In this document: in pieces, positions 47,172-56,193 of the stretch
How positions within the stretch are numbered: the stretch's first letter is position 1
Layout: each line of letters starts with the position of its first letter
Assembly (NCBI GenBank): GCA_043807765.1
Contig: JAZDFQ010000098.1
Coordinates: forward strand, 19,349-83,348
Source of the DNA: Ignavibacteriota bacterium
GTDB lineage: Bacteria > Bacteroidota > Ignavibacteria > Ignavibacteriales > Melioribacteraceae
Direction: 5' to 3'
Length of the DNA stretch: 64,000 nucleotides
Notes under the pieces: generated by a model
What the model was told of the DNA's origin: nothing
What the model saw: only the letters and a program-made list of their open reading frames with translations
Database searches by the model: none
Position numbers and translations under genes: made by a program

Positions 47172-48500
47172 ATGCATAGCAATAGAATTTTAGTAATAGA
47201 TGATGAAATAAATATTCTTAAAACAATCGAGCTTTCACTTATTTCTCACGGCTACAACCCGGATGTTTTTTCAAATCCGGTTGATGGCGTTAACCGCACA
47301 AAAGAAGTTTACTTTGATGTCGCCTTTGTCGATCTTAAAATGCAGCCGATGGATGGGATCTCAACACTCGTAGAAATAAAGAAAAATTCCCCGGACACAA
47401 CAATAATACTAATGACTGCACACGGCTCTATTGAAAGTGCGGTTGAAGCAATAAAAAAGGGTGCTCACGATTATATTACAAAACCATTCACCCATAAAGA
47501 GTTTCTTCATATTGTAGAAAAAGCTTTCGAATATCATCGTCTTTCTAAGCAAGCGAGAGGATTGGCAGATCAGTTAGAAGATTCTCTGCACAGCGAGTCC
47601 TTCATTACTGTAAATACAAAAACAAAACAAATATTAAAAACGGCTAAGGAAGTTGCCGATAGCGATATACCGATTCTGATTGAAGGAGAAAGCGGCACCG
47701 GAAAAGAGCTGCTGGCAAAATTCATTCACTCAAATTCTAATAGAAAGGACAACCCGTTTATTGCAATAAATTGTTCGGCTATTCCGGAAAACCTCTTTGA
47801 AAGCGAATTGTTTGGGCATGTTAAAGGAGCTTTTACAACTGCTATTAAAGATAGATTGGGCAGATTAGATTTGGCCGATGGCGGAACTTTGTTTTTGGAT
47901 GAAGTCGCAGATATACCTAAGCAAATGCAAGTTAAGCTTCTACGCTTTTTGCAAAACATGGAGTTTGAAAGAGTAGGGGAAAGTATAACACGTAAAGTTG
48001 ATGTAAGAATAATTAGTGCTACTAATAGAAAGGTTGAAAGTGATCTTGCAGAGGGAGTTATTAGGGAGGATTTCTATTATAGAATTGTTGGCGTTAGACT
48101 TTTAATCCCGGCTTTAAGGGAACGAAAAGATGATATAGAAGCGTTGCTAAGTCATTTCATTAGCAAACATGGAGCCGGAAGGAATATCTCTATAGCCGAG
48201 GAAACAAAAAAACTGTTACTTGATTATGATTGGCCGGGAAATGTTCGAGAATTTGAAACCATGGTTAAGAGAATTCTTGTTTTTGCAAAGGAGGATACAG
48301 TTCAGCCGGAACATCTGCCACAAGAAATAAATAGCTTTAAGCCCCGGCAGATAACCCAAAACGTTCAAAAGATAGATGAACTTGAAAGGCAGCATATAAT
48401 AGATGTACTAAAAATGGCTCACACAACTAAAGAGGCTTCTAGAATATTGGGCATTTCTGAAACCACGCTATGGAGAAAGAGAAAACTTTATGGACTATAA
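47172..48500 (+). CDS. NtrC-family sigma54-dependent response regulator
   Basis: Receiver DD...D..M; GESGTGKE; GAFT; LFLDE; C-terminal HTH LGISETTLWRK. Confidence 0.95.
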   Translation: MHSNRILVIDDEINILKTIELSLISHGYNPDVFSNPVDGVNRTKEVYFDVAFVDLKMQPMDGISTLVEIKKNSPDTTIILMTAHGSIESAVEAIKKGAHDYITKPFTHKEFLHIVEKAFEYHRLSKQARGLADQLEDSLHSESFITVNTKTKQILKTAKEVADSDIPILIEGESGTGKELLAKFIHSNSNRKDNPFIAINCSAIPENLFESELFGHVKGAFTTAIKDRLGRLDLADGGTLFLDEVADIPKQMQVKLLRFLQNMEFERVGESITRKVDVRIISATNRKVESDLAEGVIREDFYYRIVGVRLLIPALRERKDDIEALLSHFISKHGAGRNISIAEETKKLLLDYDWPGNVREFETMVKRILVFAKEDTVQPEHLPQEINSFKPRQITQNVQKIDELERQHIIDVLKMAHTTKEASRILGISETTLWRKRKLYGL

Positions 48501-48512
48501 TTTAACAAAGGC

Positions 48513-48548
48513 TTTCAAAATGAAATACTATTTCATTTCATATTGAAA
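48513..48548. promoter_or_regulatory. Paired palindromic boxes, candidate enhancer (UAS) for the adjacent activator
   Basis: TTTCA-AAA-TGAAA (48513-48525) and TTTCA-TAT-TGAAA (48536-48548). Confidence 0.5.
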
Positions 48549-48618
48549 AACTTGTTGCTTTATTGATCTCAAAAGTCCATTTTAACGCCTCAATTGCAGT
48601 TTCAATCGATAAAAAACC

Positions 48619-48635
48619 TTGGCACATTATTCACA
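48619..48635 (+). promoter_or_regulatory. Candidate sigma54 promoter upstream of exbB
   Basis: TTGGCAC -24 box is perfect; -12 box TCAC is degenerate; about 43 nt before ATG 48678. Confidence 0.4.
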
Positions 48636-48677
48636 TATAAATAACGGAACACATTAAATAATCAAGGAGTAATACAA

Positions 48678-49469
48678 ATGAAACAATCCGCTTTTGTTGT
48701 AACCCTCACTTTTGTTGCTATGATTAGCGCGTTTTTAATTTACGAATTCGTATTTGGTAACCCGGCAAACTTTGCTGATTTTGCTACTAAAGGTACGAAG
48801 CATGTTGCACTAGATGGTAACTTATTAGCGCTAGCATATATAGCCGGCCCTATAGTTGCTATGTTACTTGGTTTATCAATAATGGTAATTGCAGTAATTA
48901 TTGAAAGAACACTTTCGCTAAAAAAAGCTGCTGGTAAACAAGCTATCCCAAAATTCTTCAAAGCAGTTATAGATCAAATTAGAAGCGGTAACATTAACGA
49001 AGCAGTGATTCTTTGCGATAAACAAAGAGGGTCAGTTGCTAACGTATTAAAATCAGCCTTAACAAGATATCAAGAAGTTACAGCAGCAGGCTCAACAATA
49101 GATAAAGAAAAACAATTAGTAGAAGTTGAGCGTGCAGTAGAAGAAACTTTGATGCTTGAAACCCCGCTTCTCGAAAAAAACTTAATTGCTCTTTCAACAA
49201 TTTCTTCTATTGCAACAATGTTTGGTCTTTTAGGAACAGTAATTGGTATGATTCGTTCTTTCAAAGCGCTTGCTGCCGGCGGTGCTCCGGATGCTATTGG
49301 TCTTGCAACTGGTATTTCAGAGGCGTTAGTTAATACAGCAGGCGGTCTTATTGCTGCAATTATTGGTATAGTAGCATATAACTTTTTCGTAAATAAAGTA
49401 GATAACTTCACATTCCAAATTGACGAAGCTAAATACAATGTTATGCAATTATTAAAAACAGCTAAGTGA
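48678..49469 (+). CDS. exbB: MotA/TolQ/ExbB proton channel protein
   Basis: Three TM; LSTISSIATMFGLLGTVIGMIRSF; GISEALVNTAGGL. Confidence 0.93.
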   Translation: MKQSAFVVTLTFVAMISAFLIYEFVFGNPANFADFATKGTKHVALDGNLLALAYIAGPIVAMLLGLSIMVIAVIIERTLSLKKAAGKQAIPKFFKAVIDQIRSGNINEAVILCDKQRGSVANVLKSALTRYQEVTAAGSTIDKEKQLVEVERAVEETLMLETPLLEKNLIALSTISSIATMFGLLGTVIGMIRSFKALAAGGAPDAIGLATGISEALVNTAGGLIAAIIGIVAYNFFVNKVDNFTFQIDEAKYNVMQLLKTAK

Positions 49470-49477
49470 GGTAATTA

Positions 49478-49951
49478 ATGCCGCACATTAAAAAGAAAAG
49501 AGTCTCAATTCGAATAGACATGACTCCGCTTGTGGATGTGGCGTTCTTGCTTTTAACATTTTTCATGCTTACAACTACATTTAAGCCGCCGGAAGATGTT
49601 GAAGTAGTAATACCAACCTCACATTCGGAAATTAAACTTCCGGAATCCAATACTATGTTGGTTTATGTTGATAAAACCGGTGCCATTTTTATGGGCTTCG
49701 ATTCCCAACCCATGATGGAAAAAATGTTTGGCACACAATACAAGTATAAACAAGCGAGTCCGGTTAAAAAGGAAGATCTTGGTCAAAAATTAATGGATGC
49801 GAGAATGTCTAACTTAAAACTAAGAACAATTGTTAAGGCAGATGCTTCCGCTGAATATGGCGTAATCCAAGATATAATGAATATTCTGGATCAAGTTAAA
49901 ATAACCAGATTCAATATGGTTACTAACTTTGAAATTGAAAAGAAAAGTTAA
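49478..49951 (+). CDS. exbD: ExbD/TolR biopolymer transport protein
   Basis: IDMTPLVDVAFLLLTFFML. Confidence 0.93.
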   Translation: MPHIKKKRVSIRIDMTPLVDVAFLLLTFFMLTTTFKPPEDVEVVIPTSHSEIKLPESNTMLVYVDKTGAIFMGFDSQPMMEKMFGTQYKYKQASPVKKEDLGQKLMDARMSNLKLRTIVKADASAEYGVIQDIMNILDQVKITRFNMVTNFEIEKKS

Positions 49952-49965
49952 AATAGGAGATTAAT

Positions 49966-50466
49966 ATGTCCGGTGGCGCAGTTGCTGATAGCGGTGGTGC
50001 AAAACGGAAAAATAAGTATAGCAAACGTAAACCCAAAAAGAGAATCAATATCGGTATTGATATGACTCCTTTGGTGGACGTTGCTTTTCTTTTGTTAACA
50101 TTTTTTATGTTAACAACAGTTTTTCGCTTACCGCAGACGCTAGAAATAAATCTTCCCCCAAAAGATGTGGATATCAAAGTTGGTGAATCTAACCTGCTTA
50201 CAATTCGTGTTGATGATAACATGCAATTGTACTGGAACGTGGGATTTGAAGTGCCGCATAGAATTAAGTGGGAAGAAATGAATAAGTTCTTAAAAAACAA
50301 AAAAGCAGAAAACCCAAGATTTAACGTTCTTATCAAAATTGATAAGAAAGCAAAATATCATATCATGATTGATATTATTGACGAATTACGTTTAACACAG
50401 TTAGACCGTTATGCTCTGGCTCCGATGACGGATATTGATAAAAAAGAAATGGCAAGAGCAATCTAA
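49966..50466 (+). CDS. exbD: ExbD/TolR biopolymer transport protein (second copy)
   Basis: IDMTPLVDVAFLLLTFFML. Confidence 0.93.
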   Translation: MSGGAVADSGGAKRKNKYSKRKPKKRINIGIDMTPLVDVAFLLLTFFMLTTVFRLPQTLEINLPPKDVDIKVGESNLLTIRVDDNMQLYWNVGFEVPHRIKWEEMNKFLKNKKAENPRFNVLIKIDKKAKYHIMIDIIDELRLTQLDRYALAPMTDIDKKEMARAI

Positions 50467-50477
50467 GGAGATAAAAA

Positions 50478-51224
50478 ATGGCAGAATTAGCATTACAACA
50501 AACCAGCGTGTACGGAGCTTTTGAGTTAAAAAAGATCTATGCACGTAACTATACAATTGGTGTGGCGCTCGCAATTTTTTTCCATCTCTTACTGATTGGT
50601 TCTTACTACTTATCCGAGTATCTCTCCCGTGAAGATGAAGGAGGAATTCCGGAAGTAAGGTTGAAGATCAATTATAGCGATCTTGGTCCGCCACCATCAA
50701 TAGAAAACGTGGCTCCGCAAATTCAAGTTGCTGGCCCTGTAGCAGCCCCAACAGTGGGTGTTCCTGTACCTGTTCCGGATGAAGAAGCTCCGCCGGAACA
50801 AGTAATAGCAACACAAACGGAAATGGCTCAACAACAGGCTCCTGCATTGGTGGAAGATCTCTCGGGCGGCGCGCAAATTACTCAGGATATTAAAATTGAA
50901 GAAGCACCTAAGGATGAAGAACCCGGCATGAATGATTTTACGGCTGTTGAAAAATTGCCGGAAATGGTTCGTGCGGTAACTCCCGAATATCCTGAAATTG
51001 CAAAACGTGCCGGTATTACCGGAAAAGTATTTGTAAAAGTATTGGTTGATAAAACCGGTAAACCGAAAAAAGCTGTTGTAATTAAATCAGATTCAGAATT
51101 ATTCAATCAGAATGCAATAGATGCGGCAATGAGAAGTGCGTTTACACCAGCTCTTCAAAATCAACATCCTATAGCAGTTTGGATTGTGCTTCCTTACAGA
51201 TTTACTTTGGAAGGACAAAACTAA
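50478..51224 (+). CDS. tonB: Energy transducer TonB
   Basis: N-terminal TM, Pro-rich linker, C-terminal YPEIAKRAGITGKVFV...FTPA...F. Confidence 0.92.
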   Translation: MAELALQQTSVYGAFELKKIYARNYTIGVALAIFFHLLLIGSYYLSEYLSREDEGGIPEVRLKINYSDLGPPPSIENVAPQIQVAGPVAAPTVGVPVPVPDEEAPPEQVIATQTEMAQQQAPALVEDLSGGAQITQDIKIEEAPKDEEPGMNDFTAVEKLPEMVRAVTPEYPEIAKRAGITGKVFVKVLVDKTGKPKKAVVIKSDSELFNQNAIDAAMRSAFTPALQNQHPIAVWIVLPYRFTLEGQN

Positions 51225-51225
51225 G

Positions 51226-51447
51226 ATGAATACGCAGAAACTGATGGTTTACATTGGTTATACTGCGGGAGTCTTGTTTGTTATGTTGGGAATAGCAATA
51301 ATGGTAACAAAGCTATTCCCAACAACTCTTTTTGCTAGTGAACAAGTTAAAATAATTTTTGGGGTTGTAATGATTCTTTACGGTTTATACCGGATTGTTA
51401 TAATCACCCTAAAAAACCGCAGAGCTAATGAAGAAGAAACTGAATAG
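51226..51447 (+). CDS. Small two-TM membrane protein in the tonB operon
   Basis: 73 aa, two hydrophobic helices, FGVVMILYGLYR; overlaps next gene. Confidence 0.7.
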   Translation: MNTQKLMVYIGYTAGVLFVMLGIAIMVTKLFPTTLFASEQVKIIFGVVMILYGLYRIVIITLKNRRANEEETE

Positions 51448-52309
51448 TCTTTTCGTATTATCAACGATCCTGTTGGTATTATCTATTTCGGGCTGTGGTC
51501 CAGAGCCAAGAGAAACCGCAACTAAAGGTTCAATTAAGTGTTATGCCGATGAATCTCTATACTCAATGGTTGTTGAACAACGGGATACTTTCGTTTCAAT
51601 TTATTCGGCTACTAAGATAGAAGTTGAAAAAGTAAAAGCGCGTGAAGGAATTGTAAAAATTTTGAATGGAGAAATCCAGATGTTTGTTAGTTCACGCGGT
51701 CTTACAGAGGATGAAAGTAAGTTTGTTGAAAAGACTAAATCTGAGGTTAAGGTAATTAAAATTTGCTACGATGGTCTTACAGTGATTGTTGATACAAATC
51801 ACTCCTTAACTAGAATGACTACTACTCAGTTGAAACAACTTTTAGTCGGTGAGAGTAAACAATATAAAGTTTTTATTCCGGATCAGAATTCCGGAATTTT
51901 TGAAAATTTGAAAGTAGAACTGCTAGAGAACAAAAAGCCAAGCGGTGCGTTTATAGTTAAGAATGAAAAAGACGTTGTTAAAAGTGTAGTTGAAAATAAA
52001 AATTCGATTGGTGTTGTTGGATTGAACATTGCGAGAGAATCTAATGGAATAAAGATTTTAAGAATTGGAACAGATGAAAGATCGATAACCGGCGGCGAAT
52101 ACATCGAACCGGTAGCCGGGTATCTATCGAATGGAGAATATCCACTAATTAGAGAATGTTACATATTTTTAAATGAAATTGGAATTGGTCTTGGATCTGG
52201 TTTTGCAACATTTATGACTAGCACACCGGGTCAAAAAATTGTTCTAGCACACGATCTCGGTCCGGCCACAGTTCCAATAAGGTACAATAAGATGACGAGG
52301 TTAAAATGA
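51428..52309 (+). CDS. PstS-like periplasmic substrate-binding lipoprotein
   Basis: Lipobox ISGC; T.GSIKCYADES; CYDGL; GEYPLIR; GFATF...GQ.IV. Confidence 0.8.
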   Translation: MKKKLNSLFVLSTILLVLSISGCGPEPRETATKGSIKCYADESLYSMVVEQRDTFVSIYSATKIEVEKVKAREGIVKILNGEIQMFVSSRGLTEDESKFVEKTKSEVKVIKICYDGLTVIVDTNHSLTRMTTTQLKQLLVGESKQYKVFIPDQNSGIFENLKVELLENKKPSGAFIVKNEKDVVKSVVENKNSIGVVGLNIARESNGIKILRIGTDERSITGGEYIEPVAGYLSNGEYPLIRECYIFLNEIGIGLGSGFATFMTSTPGQKIVLAHDLGPATVPIRYNKMTRLK

Positions 52310-53733
52310 AGCGAATTACACTCTTCCTAATGGTTGTTTTTTTAGCAGTAAATGTTTTTGCGCAAGATAAAGCTGCTACTGCTCAAAAAGCTTTTGATAA
52401 GAAAGACTACAAAACAGCGTTTACACTTGCTAAAGAATTGCTGGATGCCGAGGATGGAGCCGGCTCTAATAGGCTGTTCATCCAACTTAGAGAAGTAAAT
52501 TATGAACCAAGGTTGGTGTATGAATATTTGGGTGATACTTATGAAAAAATGGGAGTTGCTGAGCTTGCTATATCAAACTTTGAAGAAGCTGAAAAACTCG
52601 ATTCGCTTAACATTGACCTCAAGTTTAAAAACGCCAAGCTAATGGTTAAGCAAAAAAAATATACCGATGCAATAAACAAGTATCTAAAGATTATTGCCAT
52701 TGACCCCAACAATGCTGCGGCATACCTCGAAGCGGCTACAATTATGTATCAAGCAAAGCGTTTTGCAGATGCCGCGTTGTTGTACGAAAAATATTTGGAT
52801 CAGAATCAAACCAAAGACGCTTACTTAAAAATTACCCGTGCTCTTTTGGAAATAAGGAATTATGAGAAAGTGTTTAACTTTGGTTCCGCCGGTATTGAAA
52901 AGTATCCTGAAGAGATTCAGTTGAAAAAGAACACTGCAATTGCAGCATATGCAACTCAGAAATATGCTGAAGCGGCTAAGTATTATTCGCAAGTTCCGGA
53001 TTCTATGTTGAGCACAAATGAATTAGAAAATACAGCCAGAGCATTTCAGATGGTTAAAGACGATGCCAACTCAATGAAATATTTTGAGAAGGTGGTTAAA
53101 GCGGATTCATCACGCTCAAGTATTTATATGGAATTAGCCAACGGATTTTTTAGAGATAAAAAGTTTGATGAAGCCGCCAAATATTATGAAGCAAAAGCAA
53201 AAGCTGATTCTACGAATGAGACAGCGTGGAGATATTTAGGGTTCTCTCACTACCAATTCAGAGAAAACGCTGATTCTGTTGCTGCCAACCCAAACTTCAA
53301 GAAGAATCAATTGGAGAAAGCAAGAGTTGCATTGCTACGCTCAATAGCTTTAAACGATACAAACTTTACAAACAGAAATTTCTTAATTCAAATATATACA
53401 GCTTTGGATTCATCCCAAGCATCATTGGATCAACACAAAGAAATGTTGAATCTCATCGGAAATAAAGAAGCACAATATAAAGACCAGTACATAGCCTCTA
53501 ACTCCGCTCTAGGATATAATGCTTACGATAGAAAAGCTTATGCAACCGCTATTCCATATTATTTAAGATTACTGAAGTACAGATCGGATATGTCCACTTT
53601 GAAAATATTGATGTCTTGCTATTTGCAAACTGGTAATAATGAAGAAGCGATTAACTTTGCAAGACGAATTTTGAGAATTGATCCAAACGATAAAGATGCT
53701 AAAAAAGTATTAAGGGCATTAAGCGCAGATTAA
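52306..53733 (+). CDS. Tetratricopeptide-repeat protein, secreted
   Basis: Signal peptide; many TPR-like helical repeats. Confidence 0.88.
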   Translation: MKRITLFLMVVFLAVNVFAQDKAATAQKAFDKKDYKTAFTLAKELLDAEDGAGSNRLFIQLREVNYEPRLVYEYLGDTYEKMGVAELAISNFEEAEKLDSLNIDLKFKNAKLMVKQKKYTDAINKYLKIIAIDPNNAAAYLEAATIMYQAKRFADAALLYEKYLDQNQTKDAYLKITRALLEIRNYEKVFNFGSAGIEKYPEEIQLKKNTAIAAYATQKYAEAAKYYSQVPDSMLSTNELENTARAFQMVKDDANSMKYFEKVVKADSSRSSIYMELANGFFRDKKFDEAAKYYEAKAKADSTNETAWRYLGFSHYQFRENADSVAANPNFKKNQLEKARVALLRSIALNDTNFTNRNFLIQIYTALDSSQASLDQHKEMLNLIGNKEAQYKDQYIASNSALGYNAYDRKAYATAIPYYLRLLKYRSDMSTLKILMSCYLQTGNNEEAINFARRILRIDPNDKDAKKVLRALSAD

Positions 53734-53759
53734 CAGCAGAAAATTATTCTATAATCTAA

Positions 53760-54338
53760 ATGAAAGAAAAAATGATAGATACAAGCGATTTTCACTTTAA
53801 CCCATGGCATCACGTAAGTTTTGGTAATAGTGTTCCAAGTGTTGTAAATGCGATTATTGAAATTCCCAAAGGTTCACAAGCAAAATATGAGTTGGATAAA
53901 GAAAGCGGTCTGCTAAAGCTGGACCGCGTTCTTTTCTCTTCGGTATTTTATCCGGCTAACTACGGGTTCATTCCAAGAACACTAAGCGATGATGGCGATC
54001 CGCTTGATATCCTTGTGATGTGTTCGGTTGATGTTGATCCTCTTTGCATAATTGAAGCGAAAGTAATTGGTGTTATGGAAATGGTTGATAATATGGAGAA
54101 AGACGAAAAGATCATTGCCGTTGCAAAGAATGATATTTCCGTTAATCACATGGATGATTTACACGATCTACCTCCCCATACAACTGTTCAGCTGCAAAGA
54201 TTTTTTGAAGATTATAAAAAGCTGGAACACAAAAATGTAGTAGTAGAAAAGATAGTTGGTAAAGAAGAAGCTTTTAAAATTGTTAACGAATCAATTGAAC
54301 GCTACGCTCAAAAGTACATTGTAGAAGAATATAAATGA
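53760..54338 (+). CDS. ppa: Soluble inorganic pyrophosphatase (family I)
   Basis: EIPKGS..KYE, YPANYGFIP, DGDPLD, D.KI. Confidence 0.96.
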   Translation: MKEKMIDTSDFHFNPWHHVSFGNSVPSVVNAIIEIPKGSQAKYELDKESGLLKLDRVLFSSVFYPANYGFIPRTLSDDGDPLDILVMCSVDVDPLCIIEAKVIGVMEMVDNMEKDEKIIAVAKNDISVNHMDDLHDLPPHTTVQLQRFFEDYKKLEHKNVVVEKIVGKEEAFKIVNESIERYAQKYIVEEYK

Positions 54339-54481
54339 GTGTTTCTATCGAAACAGAACCTGAGGGGATTAAGATGAAAAGAAAAACCGCGCAAATGAAT
54401 TATTTGTCGTTCATAATATTTCTTATTGCGGGCACAATGCTTTTCGGGATGGCATATTATTTGTTTTTAATATTCTCATAA
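54335..54481 (+). CDS. Small single-TM protein (48 aa), not in ORF track
   Basis: MSVSIETEPEGIKMKRKTAQMNYLSFIIFLIAGTMLFGMAYYLFLIFS*; ATGA overlap with ppa stop. Confidence 0.5.
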   Translation: MSVSIETEPEGIKMKRKTAQMNYLSFIIFLIAGTMLFGMAYYLFLIFS

Positions 54482-54583
54482 AATCAATTTATCTTAGTTA
54501 TTAGTTGATTTAAGCAATTATCTGTTGTTGCTATTCGTAAGAGTAAGAATAGTGGATGATTAATTGTTAATCATGAGAAAAGT

Positions 54584-54931
54584 ATGAATGTATTTGCACT
54601 CCTAGGTTATATGATTCTCCTCACCGCGGCCATAAGCTTCTTTGTTGCGTTTATTATTCAAGCCCTCTACACAATTATTACAAAACTTGAAAAGGGAGCT
54701 AGGACAGAATTGGCGCCCGAACTACACACTGTTAGCTTAGATACGGTTCAAAAAGAAGCCAAATCGCAGAGTTTAGAGGGGGAAATTAATGCGGCCATTG
54801 CAATCGCTATTCACCTTTATACTAAGAATATCCATGATGTTGAAAACATGAAGATCACAATACAGAAAACCATGAAGCCCTACTCTCCGTGGAATTCCAA
54901 AATATATAACGTAACTCCGTGGCGAAGATAA
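54584..54931 (+). CDS. OadG-family (gamma/delta) subunit of Na+-translocating decarboxylase
   Basis: N-terminal TM; EINAAIAIAIHLY...HD.E...ITI...YSPWNSKIY. Confidence 0.8.
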   Translation: MNVFALLGYMILLTAAISFFVAFIIQALYTIITKLEKGARTELAPELHTVSLDTVQKEAKSQSLEGEINAAIAIAIHLYTKNIHDVENMKITIQKTMKPYSPWNSKIYNVTPWRR

Positions 54932-54964
54932 TTATCCGACTATCATATAAAACAGAATTGTAAA

Positions 54965-56185
54965 ATGCATTCGACAGATGTTTTCAACTTGTTTCAAGGA
55001 ATTTCAACTCTCTTAGCTTCCGATCCTATTATAATGTACACTAGAATAGCCCTAATGCTATTGGGACTGTTGTTGGTCTATTTGGGCAAAAAGGAGATTC
55101 TAGAACCTCTTCTGATGATACCGATGGGAATTGGAATGGCATCAATTAATGCCGGAATTCTCTTTATGCCTAATCATACGCAAGGTAATTTGTTTCTCGA
55201 TCCGCTTATCACTAACACCGACCAGCTTATGAATGCTCTTCAGATAAATTTCTTACAGCCGATATATACATATACCTTTAGCAATGGATTGATTGCTTGT
55301 TTTGTCTTTATGGGAATTGGGGTTCTACTAGATGTCGGCTTTCTGATTGCGAGACCATATCTAAGTATGTTCTTAGCACTTTGTGCGGAATTGGGAACAT
55401 TTCTTACTATTCCAATTGCTATGGCAATGGGTTTGAATATTAAGGATGCTGCTTCCATCGCGATGGTTGGCGGTGCCGATGGCCCAATGGTTTTGTTCAC
55501 TTCTCTTAATCTTTCTAAGGAGTTGTTTGTACCAATAACTGTTGTGGCCTACTTGTACTTGGGACTAACTTACGGGGGCTATCCCTATTTGATAAAGCTT
55601 CTTGTTCCAAAGAAACTTAGGGCAATTAAGCACGAGCCGAAGAAAAATGTTAAGGTAATTACTTCCGGACAAAAACTTGCCTTTGCGGTTATTACTTGTG
55701 TTATACTTTGTTTGTTGTTTCCGGTGGCGGCTCCGTTGTTCATGTCTCTATTCATCGGTGTTGCAATTAGAGAATCCGGCTTGAAGCACCTTATTGATTT
55801 TATCGGAGGTCCTTTGCTTTATGGATCAACTTTTTTTCTTGGATTACTCTTAGGCGTTTTGTGTGAAGCTCACTTGTTACTCAATCCTAAAATTCTTCTA
55901 CTGCTTGTACTAGGAATAATATCTCTTCTATTGTCCGGAATTGGTGGAATTATGGGTGGCTATGTAATGTACTTTATTACCAAAGGAAAGTTCAATCCTG
56001 TTGTTGGTATTGCGGGCGTAAGCTGTGTTCCAACAACAGCAAAGGTAGCACAATAGTCTGTAAGTGAAGCCAATCCTCAATCACTGATATTGCCGGAAGC
56101 AATAGGAGCTAATATTTGCGGTGTAATTACCACAGCCATTATTGCCGGTATTTACTTAACTGTAATACCTCTATTATTCAAATAG
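54965..56185 (+). pseudogene. oadB: Na+-translocating decarboxylase beta subunit interrupted by in-frame TAG at 56054-56056 (nonsense allele, sequence error or readthrough)
   Basis: EPLLMIPMG, GGADGP motifs; same frame continues after TAG with SVSEANPQSLILPEAIGANICGVITTAIIAGIYLTVIPLLFK*. Confidence 0.8.
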
Positions 56186-56193
56186 TTTCTTAT

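Noticed and set aside
47169-47174. Genome-wide TAG reassignment as the explanation for the oadB stop
   Set aside because: TAG terminates complete proteins here (kinase TAG immediately followed by regulator ATG; also kup, isomerase, GH125)
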